Below are positions 24,901 to 36,861 of a DNA stretch of 64,000 nucleotides, piece by piece. The stretch is from NCBI GenBank assembly GCA_025594325.1, contig JANHCV010000001.1, forward strand, positions 620,001 through 684,000. Direction: 5' to 3'. Within the stretch, counting starts at the first letter, position 1. Each line of letters begins with the position of its first letter. Source of the DNA: Blastocladiella emersonii ATCC 22665 (taxonomy: Eukaryota; Fungi; Blastocladiomycota). A program made the translations under genes and the position numbers. Below the pieces are notes generated by a model. That model was not told the origin of the DNA. It saw nothing but the letters and a program-made list of their open reading frames with translations, and did not search any database.

Positions 24901-26892
24901 GACGATACCTCCGCGTTCCTCGGCCAGGCGCGCGTCTCGCTCGCGCGCATGCTCGAGCGGGATGCCGACGAGGTCGAGGCCGAGGTGCGCGTCAACGGGA
25001 AGGGCGTCGGGACGATAGTCGTGCGGCTCGCGTGGCGCACGGCGGCGGGGGACGGGCGCCAGGAGATGGTGGCGGCCGCGCAACCGCAACCGCCGCTGAC
25101 CGTCGCGCGCAGCCGGTCGCTCAAGCAGCTGCGCGAGAGCCAGGAGATGCAGCGCCGGCAGTCCTCGTTGTCGAGCGAGGAGCTCCCGCCGTCGCCGTCT
25201 CTGCACTCGTCGCAGCGGTCCGGCTCGGCGCGCGGCGGGCTCGTTGGCGACCCGTCGGCGGCGCGGCTCGACCACCAGCACCGCGAGCCCTCGGGCCTCT
25301 CGTCGTACAAGACGACGCCGAGCCACAGCCGCTCATTCCGCGGCAACGAGCTCGAGGTGGAAGAGCCCCGCGCGCTGTCCCCCCACGCGAGCGGGTCGGT
25401 CATTGGCGGCGACGCGGCTCGGTCCGTGCTCGGCAGCGCGCACAGTGTCGGCCGCGGGCTCGGGGAGACGGACGACGAGGTGCGCCGATCCGTCTCGTTC
25501 TCGGACCCGCCGAGCCGGCGCGATAGCAGCAGCGGCGGCCAGTTCAAGTCGCACGGCTCGGTGGGTGGGCAGCCGACTGCTGTCGACACGCTACCGCTGT
25601 CGCGCTCAAACCTGGCCGAGTCATCGTCCCTCGCTGGCACGCCGCCCGCCGACGACCTGCTGCGCTCGCGGTTGAGCCTAGACCAGTCGGCGTCGCTCGC
25701 CAATGTGCTACCCACCAAGGACCTGTCGATGTCGCGCTCAAGCCTGGCCAAGTCGGGTTCACTCGCCAAAACGCCGCCCGTCGACGCCCTGCCTCGCTCA
25801 CGATCGAGTCTGCGCGAATCCACGTCGAACCTTGTGGAAGCTGAGCCAGGACCCGACCCGGAACCCGACTCGGCGGCGTCCGCGTACATCACGTCCAACG
25901 CCGTGTCGCGCAGTCGCTCGCTCGAGGAGGAGAAGCGAAGCTCGGCCGCCGACCTCGCCCCGTCCCGCGCGACGTCGCGGCCCGAGTCCATGGCCGACCT
26001 CGGCCTCGCGGGCGACCCGGCGCTCGCGCCCAGCTCGCGCGCGCAGTCGATGCTCCTCGAGGCGACGATGCTCCGCACCTCGCGGGCGATGTTGCGCGAG
26101 GCGGGTTCCCGCGACAGTCTCGGCAACTCGCTCCCCGCTCTCGCGCCCGTCGACACGCAGCTGCAGCAGTCCGACTTCGACGACGGTGGTGGTCTCGGCG
26201 ACTCGAGCTTCGCCGCGGGCACCGACGACGCCGACGGCGGGCTGGTCCTGAGCCCGACCGTGACCGACGCGCACCGCGACGCGTTCCCGCGCGACCACGT
26301 CACGCTGGTCCTGCACACGCTGCGCCTCGCGACGTCGAGCGCAGTGGTTGCGGACCACCTATCCGCGGCGCGCGCGATGCTCGTCGCGTTCGACCTGTGG
26401 CCCGGCGCGTCGGTCGAGACGTCCGAGCGCGCGCTGTACGACGACAGCACGGGCGAGCTGAGCACGGTCGTCGATATCGGTCTCGTCGCGAGCTTCCCGG
26501 GCACCGCCGAGCGGTGGCACGACGTGCTGCTTGCGGCGGGTCAGCCGACGGCGTTCGTGGTCGCGGTGCGCGGCGAGGAGAACGAGGCCGGAGCCGATTT
26601 CGTGGATATCGCCGCGGGCCACATGTACTGGGAGCACGTCGTCGAGGCGGTCGCGCAGGACGCGGCGGCGGGTGGCGATGATGATGAGGAGGACCCGCCG
26701 CTCGTGTTCTCGGTCGATGTCGACTTTCTCGATGGGTCCGGCGCGCTCGGCACGCTCGTGGTCGAGGTCCACGGCATGCGCCCAATCCTCGCGGAACTCG
26801 GCATGGTCGGCGATGGGCTCCAGGATCTCGCGGCCGCGAGCTTCCTCTCACTTCCTGGAGTGCTCCCAGGAGGTGACGATGGTGAACTGTAG
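21937..26892 (+). CDS. RPGRIP1L: Ciliary transition-zone protein RPGRIP1L/Fantom (coiled coil + C2 domains); several 5' introns
   Basis: LRDENLELKRRLNAQMDVTKKLNTRVQK N-terminus, long coiled coil, EVNRDYRTEL, RIAALERQLR, C2-C2_1-like LDFFTFDSVVTP, central C2 (VSVFDDADPDDTSAFLGQARV) and C-terminal C2-like region. Confidence 0.8.
25580..25810 (+). repeat. Imperfect 66-bp (22-aa) coding repeat, ~3.5 copies, in the RPGRIP1L linker
   Basis: SRSNLAESSSLAGTPPADDLLR / SRLSLDQSASLANVLPTKDLSM / SRSSLAKSGSLAKTPPVDALPR / SRSSLRES. Confidence 0.6.
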
Positions 26893-26929
26893 GTGCGCCG
26901 CGTCTACCTCAGTTAGCGCGCAGATTCTA

Positions 26930-27745
26930 AGCCACAAGCTCCCAGCCCTTGGCGGCGAACATGTCTCGAACCGAATTGATGACGCGACTGTTGCCCGTGC
27001 CCGTGCCCGCCTCGCTGTGGACGAGCATGAGGAGCTGCTCGACGTCAGCGTCGCCGCGCTTGATGGCATCGAGGGTCGACTCGACGTGCTTGACGACGCG
27101 GCGCTGCTCGACATTGAGCCCTTGACACAGTACGGAGCGAGCTGCTCCTGCTGCACGATCTGGACATGAACGGCCGGCACCGGCGGTGCAACACCGCCGT
27201 CTGCTCAAAAGAGTCGAGGGCGAAGCGGCTCCGCCGAGCATTCTGCAGCAAACCAACGGGCATCCTCGTCGGCCTTCTTGACCAGGTTGGTGTAATTGGC
27301 GAGTTGCGAGAAACACGCCGGATCTGAGTCGACTTGTAGCATCTGCTGGCGAGGTGCGAATTGCATGAGGAGCACGGCCGCGTGCTGGTCGCTCTTGGAC
27401 ATGATCGACAGGATGTGGACAAAGCTGTACGTCGTGTAGACCCGCGTGTCCTCGCCCTAGCGGATCAGGTCTAGCGCGATCTGCTGGCCGCTGATCTCGC
27501 GTGACGTTGTTGAGCGGCTGACGAGACCGCGCAGAATGGAGATGGCCGAGAGCGGGAGCGGCACCGCCAACTTGAGCTTGCGCTCACGCAGTTTCTTGGC
27601 GTGCTTGAGGAGGGCGTACGTGTTGTACGAGGACGGCGGCACCTTACGAGGACGGCGGCACCTTACGAGGATGGCGGCACCCTTGGCGACGTATTTGGTG
27701 ATGTGGTAGGTCGGGTTGCGCGAGTTGATCAAGTAATGCATCAGG
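26930..27745 (-). mobile_element. Degenerate, internally deleted Helitron (Rep + Pif1 helicase remnant)
   Basis: Rep-like YHITKYVAK (27682-27708; YxxKY motif), SREISGQQIALDLIR*GEDTRVYTTYSFVHI (Helitron post-Rep motif with a stop), then Pif1-like LNVEQRRVV...QLLMLVHSEAGTGTGNSRVINSVRDMF with a damaged Walker A. Confidence 0.7.
27626..27682. repeat. 19-bp tandem triplication inside the Helitron relic
   Basis: TACGAGGACGGCGGCACCT x2 followed by TACGAGGATGGCGGCACCC. Confidence 0.9.
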
Positions 27746-28459
27746 CACGCGGAGAACGGGAACTCAGAATTCCTTCAGAACTCCATAAAACGCAGAGAGG
27801 ATGAACACGGGAACGTCTCAAGAGAAGTAAATATAATTATATTAAAGCTTAAAAAATGAATTTGTGATCGTGTCGTGATGAACACAGGCTCAAGGAAGAT
27901 GGCGAGGGACAGAGGTGAACCAATTCGGTCGAGACTCAGCAGGATGATGCTTTCTATGATGCCAAACTTGTTGCATGGAGTGACCGAGTAAAGCTATATT
28001 GGATGATTTAGGGCAAATTGAGGAAAAGATAATTCGATCGCGAGGAAGTCGCGTGGCGCGACGCGTCGCGTTGCATCACGTGAGAAGCAGCACGATCTTG
28101 AGCTCATCGATAGCCCAGCTTGACGCGGAATTCAGCTCGGCAGAAACTCAGCCTACTCAGACTACCTGCAGCCTACTGCTGAGAACCGATTCTGATCCAA
28201 GTCTGGGAGCTCGTTTCTTCGAATGGGTGCCCTCACGAATGCCAGCCGGTGCTTAGATTGCTCCCCCTCCGCCGAATCGATTTCATTTCTGGGACGCACC
28301 GAGCCTCGAGTCGGCCTCCTCCTCCTGCTTCTCAAGCGTTGCGTTGTTGTGACCGCTCCTACGTTGGTGAGGGCGCTGACAGATCTTGCCGCGCCGCTCG
28401 ACATGGATGGATGCAAGCCTTGACTTGAATCAACTGGGGGCTCGTCCTCGCAGCAACTC

Positions 28460-28479
28460 ACTCGACTCGACTCGACTCG
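28460..28479. repeat. (ACTCG)4 microsatellite
   Basis: Read directly from the sequence. Confidence 0.85.
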
Positions 28480-29083
28480 GCGAGAGTTGGAAAATCGGAC
28501 GCTCAATACGGAGCCGGAATTGAAGAGTGCTAGAGGCGAAGGAGGAGGCCAGAGCGGTCGTCAGTTCGTTGTCGGTCAGTGACGCGTCGTCTCCCACTTT
28601 TGCGCGCGCCCCCACCCCGGCTGCGCCACCACCTCCACCGCACCACCGGCCAGGCCAGACCAGAGTGCGGAGAAGAGACTTGGATTTCTTTGCGCGATAG
28701 ATCTTCGTTGGGGGGCAGCAGCACTAGGCTCTTGCCGGGACTGAGCGTATGCCTGCAGATTAGTGAGGGTGTTGGACGGCGCGGTATGGGGTTGTTGTGT
28801 GTGGGGCCGAGTTCGATTCCTATTCCTTGGCTCCTTGACGACGACTCCTGTGTGGTAAGAAGCAGCGCGCAATCCGACTTAGCCCTCCGAAATGCGGCCA
28901 ATTCCTTCCCTTTTTTTTTTCTTCCCGCCCCCTCTTGTATTTGCTCGCCCATTGTACGATTTGTGTCGCGAGAATTATGATTTCATTCCAGACGATGTAT
29001 GAGCGAGCCCACCCAGCCATTCATTCCTGTTGGTGCGAAACGACGCCTCACACGTCGCGACGTGACGTGACCACCTGCGTCGC

Positions 29084-29153
29084 TCAAGAACAGTCAAGAA
29101 CAGTCAAGAACAGTCAAGAACAGTCAAGAACAGTCAAGAACAGTCAAGAACAG
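29084..29153. repeat. Perfect 10-bp tandem repeat (TCAAGAACAG)7
   Basis: Seven identical units read directly. Confidence 0.97.
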
Positions 29154-29896
29154 AGTCGGGGACACGGCGACAGGCAGGGTGGGTTTTGGTTGCCCGCGGA
29201 CGCGACTTTCATCTCGATCCGCCGTCACGTGGCTGTGGCTTACATGATCCGCGGCGGCGCACCAGAGCCGGAGCTGGGAGCCGAGCTCGCTCGCTTCCCC
29301 TGCGTCTTGAACGCAATCCATGACCATAGCGGCTTTGCCGCGTATGTAACTACATGCATTAGCTGCCTTGGACGTCGAATGACCTCCCTCTTCTTGTATT
29401 ATGCTCACGTCCTCAAAGTGGAGTAAGCGGTCGGTCGCTCTGCTCTCATCGACCTGCTCGCCAGGCATCATCATGCCTCGCCCGTTGTTTTCAGCTCGTC
29501 GAAGGAAACGGCTGCGTGAGATACTTTGCTAAGTACTCTCTGGATTCACTTGCATTAGCTTCCATGGTGTGCTTGCATCAAGTCGGATCTGGGAACGAGG
29601 GGCGGTCCGCGACAATTTGGCGCGTCGAGGTGGGAGCAGCTGCGTCAAAAACCAACGTTTTCGAACCTCACCTGCTTCCACGTGCGATTGAGCGACGCGG
29701 CTGGAAAGGCAGCTCAGGCGCCACGAGCGAGCGCAAGTACAATCGAACGAAGTTATAACTATGCTAAAGCTATATTATTATAACGGACTTGAGAGCGTCT
29801 GGCAGTAAGTTCTCCAACGCGAGGTGACCATTGGCAGCTGACTAGCCGCAGGCGAACCAGGGCGCAAACGATCAGCGCAATCGAACGGATGTCCAT

Positions 29897-31889
29897 CTAC
29901 TCGTTCCTCGAAGCAAGAATGTCACACAGCTGGATCTCGAGCATGAAGCGAGCCACCTGTCGTCCAGCCACGACCGGAAGCGGGAGCGGCGCGTCAAACA
30001 CGCGTACGGCCCCGCCTCCACAACGAATCGGAAACACGTCAGACCAAGGGTGCACGGTCGCGCCCGCCGCGACAACGCTAGGCTCGTAGTAAGCGTTGAA
30101 TACCTGCGGCGCAACGGCGCGCGGCAAGCAAAGGCTCTGCGAGAGCTTGGGGTTGAGGTGATGGTTGACGCGGCTGAACTGGTGCATTGTGTAGGTGGTG
30201 AAGCGGAAGCGCGCGTTGAGGAACTCGCGCTCGTCTTCGCTCACAAAGAAGCTAGGGGCGATGCAGTTGCGTCGGGTGCTAGTTACACGCAAACGCGTGC
30301 AATAAGTTAGTCGAGTTCCACCGGCAGCGCAAACAAGCTTGAACGTACACGACGATTTTCGCGAACGTTTGATGGTCGCGGCCCAAGCTGACGGCCACGA
30401 TCCAACGCGAGCCGAAGCCGCCCGTCACCTCGGTCAGATTTGTGGCAAGCATCGTGGTCGAGTCGGGGCACCAGTCCAGCGCAAAGAGCACTTCGTTACA
30501 CTTCCGCTCGCAACTCGAAGCGAGTCCAACGAGCGAATAAGGGTCGTTGGGCAAGGGTGCGATGCCGTGGAGCAACTGTTTGACTTGGCCATCGTCGCGA
30601 TCCAGCAGGACCAAGCTCCCAATCATGGCCTTGCCCAGGTTTTCAGTCATGTTGACGTATGCGGTCCGAAGCGACTTTGTGTCGTAGAAGATCAGCTTGA
30701 CGAGGCCGCAAAAATCGGAGTTTCCCTTGGCAAGCGGCGAGTCAAGCACTCGCTTTTGATCCACCGGCCGCATCAGGTGGAAGCGCACCGCGAGGACGAT
30801 TTGGACTGGATTCACGCCCATCTCGCAAAGAAACTCGAATCGAGCAAACTCGGACGGGGCAAAGAACTTGGGCGACAGAACGACCTTGAGCTTGATGAAA
30901 GCCGGGCAGCCGCCGAAGATGGCGCGCGTGACAGGACAGGGCCCAAGGAATTGGAGATGTGCGATGGTCATGGAAAGGAGCGGGGTCGAGGTGCCCGGAG
31001 CGGCCCGAGTTTCGTACGTGATCACGCGCGTGAAGAATTTGACGAGCGCGTCGGCTTGGCCCAGGTCATCCGGGTGCGCGACGGCAGTGAACTCGGCGAG
31101 CAGCCAGGCGTAGTAGTTCAGGCACGCGGACTCGAGCGCGGGCAGTTCTAGGTCAGCGGGGAGTGAGTTGCGGTTGTTGTGAGAGCGACGGGCAAGGGAG
31201 CTCGTACCAAAGTAGGCAGCCGCCTCCACGATCTCGAGGAATCCGCGGGGAGACAGCCGCGCGGTGAGCGCGGTCGCGCACCCGCCGTACAGTGCGAGCA
31301 GAACGGTATCCCAAGCGTGATGTAGACGCCCGGTCCACATCTCATTGACTACTGGATCAAGAGCGCGGGAGCGGGGAAGCGGGAGCGTGACGTGGATCTT
31401 GACGGCGCCACCTGCGCGTGCTGACGGGTAAGCAAAAGTATCCTTGATGAGTTTGTCGAAAACAGGGCCCTGGGCGAGCACCGCGCGATGAAGCTGGTAC
31501 GATTTATCCTGGAACCGGACCACGACGTCCGAGTGCTCGCCCGAAACCGCCAGGTCGCGGATGTGCAGAGCAACGTGATGTGCCGGCGAGTCGGTGCAGC
31601 AGCACCGCTGAGCCAAGGTGCGCCGAAAGGAGTGTGGGGCGCCAGGAGCAGGGCCAAGCTCGTACGGTGCCCACCGCCCGGTTGCCAACGCAACAAGGTT
31701 ATCCTTATCTGGGTCTGCATCGGAAAGGGAGCCCAAGTCAGGCTCGCTGGCGTCAGAGCTCGCATCCGAGCCGCAAGACGACCAGTGGTCCTCGGCGTCC
31801 GACTCGGCCACGTCGCTGAGAAAGTCGGCGCCGGAGTAGCCGTTTCCGAAGGATTCCACGGCCCTGAATCGACTTGCGGTGTTCATCAT
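29897..31889 (-). CDS. BTB/POZ-domain protein (putative Cul3 adaptor); introns 31148-31207, 30279-30348
   Basis: HSDVVVRFQDKSYQLHRAVLAQGPVFDKL, VLLALYG and LEIVEAAAYFG|ELPALESAC are BTB hallmarks. BACK-like SEFARFEFL...VRFHLM follows. Splicing joins ORFs 30279..31889 and 29897..30292. Confidence 0.8.
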
Positions 31890-32771
31890 CGTTGCATCAG
31901 CTTACATGGGTCGATCGTTGTCCTAGGGGCGTCGCCAAGCGAGCGTCGTCCGTGTTGGGCGCTGCGACGCCCCAGGTCAGCGTGTGAGTCCCAAGTAGCC
32001 CCTGAACTCGATCGAACGTCGATGCGAGCCGCGAGTGCCGCCCAGCTGTGAGCCGGAGCATATGCGTGAACAAGGTGAGGCGACGGCGGCCTTGGTCGCC
32101 CGAGCAGCACGGAAGGGCATCAGCCGAAGCGGGCGAGGGCGGACCGAGGGTCAGCTCCCTGCCCGCAGCCTTCCCTGACCGGGACGCAATGCACGTCCGA
32201 GGAGGCGCTGGAGGGAGCGAGAGAGAGTGCGAGACGCGGCGATCACGGGCGCGGGGACGAGAGGGAAGAAGAGGCATTCCGGGAGCATCACGTGCGGCCG
32301 CGACGCGTCGCGTTTTGGCGCGTTTCGGGCGCACCTTCCCACGGAGGCAACTGAGACCGCTGCTGCTCCTCGCCCTCACCATCATCCCCTGCTGCACCGG
32401 CGCCCGCACCGCACGCCGCATTTCGCATCCCGGAGAACAAGGCTGGCCGATCACGCCGTGGGGACGCGGCGCCGACTGACCGTACGATGGCCGCCGCGAG
32501 GGAGGAGAACAAGAGAGGAGGGCGGCCGCTGACGACGCTTGGCTCCGCTTCCTTGTAGCTCTCGAACTCCTCGCGCTACGCTTACATCCCGCGCACTCGG
32601 CGCAACGGAGCTCCGCGACTCGCTGCATCCCTTCTCGACGTCCGCCTTCTCGCTCCCGGCCACATGTGTCCGGATGGCGGACCGCTCGCGCCACTGCACA
32701 CCATGGATGATCACCATCACTCGGCGACCGGCGACGGCCGCGGTCGCCGCCATCAGCGCCCGCCCGTGAAC

Positions 32772-35700
32772 ATGCACCGACCACGCCGCCGCCATCTTGC
32801 TACTATCGCCGCGGCCCTGCTCGCGCTCGTCGCCATCACCACCGATCCCGCGCATGCCCTCCCGCAGTGGTCGGCGACCCGCGGCGGCGGTCCTCCGCAC
32901 GACATGGACCCGCCGCAACAACCGCTGGCGAACCTGTGCTTCCCGATCCCCGCCTCGGCCGCGTGCCCTGGCCTGCGCGGTGTGCCGGTCCACGCCAACT
33001 TTGCGCACTTTCTCGCGCGCACCGCCTTCTCGCCGACCCCCGAGCTCGGCGTGTCGCTGACGGCGTCGCCTGGCCCCGTTCCGTTCGCGGGCGAGCTGCC
33101 GAGCCCCGACGCCGTGTACGCGGGCGGGACGGGCGCGGGGTTCGACGACGCGTTCGCGATAGCGTTCCACGACCACGCGCCGGTCCTGTGGGAGAAGGCC
33201 GCCGGGTGCGCGCCCGTGTGGCCGCCGGCCCTCACGTCGGCGCCCAGCAGCGACATTGCGCCCGCCGACCGCGCCATGGTGCTCGCGCGGAACCCGACCC
33301 CGCTCTTCTTCGACACGGCCATGTGCGCCCTGCTCGCCGCCTTCTGGGCACCCATCTGCCAGCCGCAGTCGTCGCCGGGGATCCTGCCGGGCCTGTGTCC
33401 CGCGACCGTCGTGAGCTTGACTGCCTCGCTCGACGCGATGCTCGCGGGGAACCCGGCGTGTCCGCGTAACGGGTCCGCCGCGTCGCCGTGGGTCCAGGCG
33501 TGGATGCGCGCCGTCGCGTCAGCCACGCCCGCCGCGGTCGTGTGCGTCAACGGGATCGACATGGAGCCCAACTGCCGCCTCCCGAAATCCGTCGCGTGCG
33601 CCCTCGACTGCCCCGAGCGCACCTGCCCCGCGCGCCTGCCAACCGCCAACGGGACCACCGCCGACGGGTACCCGGCCGCGTCCGCCCAGCCCTCGGCGAC
33701 CGCCGCCGCCGCGCGCCAGCCGAGCGTCATGGGCGGCGCGACCGACGCCGATTCCGCGACGGGCACGAGCTCGGCCGCATCGCGCTCGCTCACGTCGCTG
33801 ACTTGGACGCTGGTGGGCGTCGGTGTCGGCGCCGCCACGCTCGGCCTCGCGACCGTCGTCCTGCTCACCTGGCGCCGGCGCAACTCGCACCACCGTCATC
33901 CCGCGCGGTCGCCGAGCACCGGCGGCGGGAACGGCGGAGGGGGGAACCCGTACCCGCGCCGCGTCCGCATGTCGCAGCGACACCACCCGTCGCCGCGCAC
34001 CTCGTCGCTCCCGCGCAACCGGCACCGCGCGCACGGGTCACCGCCCGCGCTCGTCTCAACCGAAACCGGTGCGGGCGAGGTCGCGATGCAGCCGCTCGCC
34101 CCCACTGCTACACCACCCGAAACCCCGCCGCCGCAACCCGCCGACGACGGCAGCGGCGGCAGCCCGCGCGCGCGCCGGATCCACTCGCGCGCCTACTTTC
34201 ACCACCACCACGTCCGCGGCCAGTCGCCGCTGTCGCGCCCGCCGACGACGGCCGAGTACGACGAGGACGAGGACGACGACGAGCGCGAGCGGCTGCAGAC
34301 CCGCGCCGTCGTCTCGTCCGCCATCTCGGGCGCCGATGACGGGTACACGGCCGTGATCCGGCTGCCGGGCGGCCAAGCGGTCCCCGCCGAGGTGCGCAAC
34401 TCGGCGGCCCCCGTCACGCCCGTCGTCGAGTCGCGCCAACCCGCCGCCGCCGCACCTTCTTCGCCGTCACCGCGCCCGTTCTCGTGGTTCCCGCGCCGCA
34501 CTACCAGCCGGCGGCCGAACTCGACCTCCCCACCCGCGTCGCCCGCCGTCTCGCCCAAACGCCGTCCGTCGACACGCGTCCTCGTCTCGCCGCGGCTGCG
34601 GCACGGTGACCTCCACTCTGGCGACGAGAGCGAAGCACGGCGGCCATTGACCCCCCACCACGCGTCCGCCGACCCGCGCGCCGCCGCCACCCCGTCGCCG
34701 CTCAAACGCGCGTCCAAGTTCATCTCCAAGTGCTGGCGCCGCGTGTCCGGGTCCATGGCCAACGATGTCGGGGACGCAGCGGTGCCGCAGCCCGCGGGGG
34801 AGATACTGGCGGGGGCGGGGGCGGGGGCGGGGTCGACCACGGTCGCGGCGCTCGCGCTCGAGTACGGCCGGCACTCGGGGGCGCCGCCCTCGGCCACGTC
34901 GTCGCTTGCGGCAGGCGGGCGGCCGTCGACTGCGCCCGCGCTCCTGACGCGGTCGTCACCGCCGGACGCGCTTCTCGTCGCTTCTGACCCGGCCGCGCCG
35001 CCGTCGTGGACCCCGATCCTCGGCCCCGATGCGACCGCGAGCGGCGGCGACGACGCGTCGTCGCTCATCAACAGCAGCAGCGTGTCGAGCGACGAGTCGG
35101 TGGTGCCCGAGCAGTACCGTCCGCTCGTCGGCACGCTGCACGACGCGACGGCGAGTTTCGCGCCGCGGCTCGAGGACGAGCTCGGGGTGGCGCGCGGGGA
35201 TACGCTCCGGATCGAGTGGGTGTGGAGCGATGGGTGGGCGTGGGTACGGTTCTGCGCTGATCCTGCAAAGCGAGCGGAAACTGATGATTTGGGGGATGTA
35301 GGGCATCAACATCAAGACCGGCGACCAAGGCGCGTTCCCGCTCTCCGTCTTCTCGGACGTCGCGAGCCCGATCTCCGTCGGCCCGCCGGTCCTCGGCATC
35401 CTGGACGACCTCGACGACGTCACGGACCTACACGCCACGCACACGCGCACCACGAGCGTCGGCATCGACGACCCCGACGCCGAAGACGCCCGCTCGTTCG
35501 CCTCGTCCCGCTCGTCGTCGCTCCGCAGCCCCTCGCTCTCGTCCATCTCCATTGCGTCCTCGTCCGCGTCCTCGTTCGTCTCGCGGTCGCCCAGCGCGGG
35601 CGCCATCGCGAGTATCGTGAATGGCGGCGGGGTGGTGGTGCCACCGCCGCGACGGTGTCTCTCGCCGACGCAGCGCAGCCCGTCGATCGCGCCGTCTGCG

Positions 35701-36726
35701 CTATCGACTGGGTCAGGCGGCGGGCCGAGATCGGCGCGGAGCCTCGACGTTCTCGCTGCGGGGCACCCGCCGCCGCCGCCGCCGCGGTCGGGCAGCGGGT
35801 CGGGCAGCGGGTCACCGCTCGCGAGCCCGGCAGCGGCTCCGGCTCGACTCGATTCGGCGGCGGACGCGGCTGGCGACGACGACGACGCGAGCCCGTTGCT
35901 CCATGGGCCTGCGCCCGCGTCGCCGTTCCTCGCCGCGGCTGATCCACCTCCTGACGTCGAGGTCGAGGAGGATGAGGAGGATGAAGAAGGCGCAGATTCG
36001 ACGTCGGTCCGCAGCTCCGCGTCGTCGGACTCGGTCCCGCTGCTTGACGACCACGGTCACGACCACGACCATGGCCACGGTGAGCCCGCGCCCGCATCGC
36101 CGTTCCTCGCTGCCGCCGCTCCGCCTCGCACCGACGACGTGTCGACATCAGCCCGCGGTCCCGTGTCGTCCGACTCGGCACCGCTGCTCACCATCAACCC
36201 CGCCGACGACGGCGGCGACGCCGCGCTCGAGCCCGCGGCCCTGGTCTCGTACTCGCCGCCCTCCAGCGACCTCAGCAGCTCGACCTCCTCCTCCTCCTCC
36301 TCCTCCTCATCGACATTCACCGTCTCCCTCGCCTCGGTCTCGGCCTCCGCGTCCGCCGCCGCCGCTGCGCCCGCGCCCGCGACGCTGCTGCTCGACTACA
36401 CGCGCCTCTTCTCCTCGCACACTGCCCCACCGCCCATGCCCACGCGACCGCGGCGACCGTCGTCCGCGCCCGCCCCGCCCTCGGCGCTGCTCGCCCCGCT
36501 CGCTCTGCCCGTCCTCGGCCCGCGCCCCGCGCCCGCGACGGTGCCAAGGATGGCGCGCAGCGAGAGCAGCGGGAGCGACGACGGAGAGGTGGAGTGGGTG
36601 CTCACGCTCGAGGACCTGGCGAGCGTGTCGGCGGCCATGGCGGGCGGCGGGGTACCGCCGATGCGACCGTTGACGCCCGAAGCGCGAGAAGTTGAAGGCG
36701 ACGGAGTGATCGCGGCGTCGCCATGA
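32772..36726 (+). CDS. Receptor-like type I membrane protein: signal peptide, Cys-rich ectodomain, one TM, disordered tail with SH3; intron 35244-35301
   Basis: Signal HLATIAAALLALVAITTDPAHA; about 12 Cys in the ectodomain; TM LTWTLVGVGVGAATLGLATVVLLTW followed by RRR. SH3 is restored on splicing: ATASFAPRLEDELGVARGD...WSDGWAW|GINIKTGDQGAFPLSVF. Confidence 0.8.
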
Positions 36727-36861
36727 CACGATCGAATATTTGAATCCATCCCCCCATTCTGTACACGTCCCTCTCACCCTCGCTTTGCAATATCAATCAT
36801 CCCTTCACGCGCGTGCAAGACGAAAAACGAAACTACTACATTGAGCTACAGCAAAAACAAT

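Noticed and set aside
28790-28925. B-box-like GAGTTCGATTCC followed by a T-run (possible tRNA, SINE or Pol III gene)
   Set aside because: The T-stem does not pair, and no acceptor stem or convincing A-box could be built.
29084-29153. Repeat array as a possible CRISPR
   Set aside because: Contiguous 10-bp units with no spacers, a eukaryotic context and no cas genes.
29745-29790. ACGAAGTTAT (loxP arm-like) and TAACTAT/TATAACGG (I-CeuI-like) words
   Set aside because: Only partial matches with no second arm or spacer; better explained as an AT-rich 3' end signal downstream of the BTB gene.
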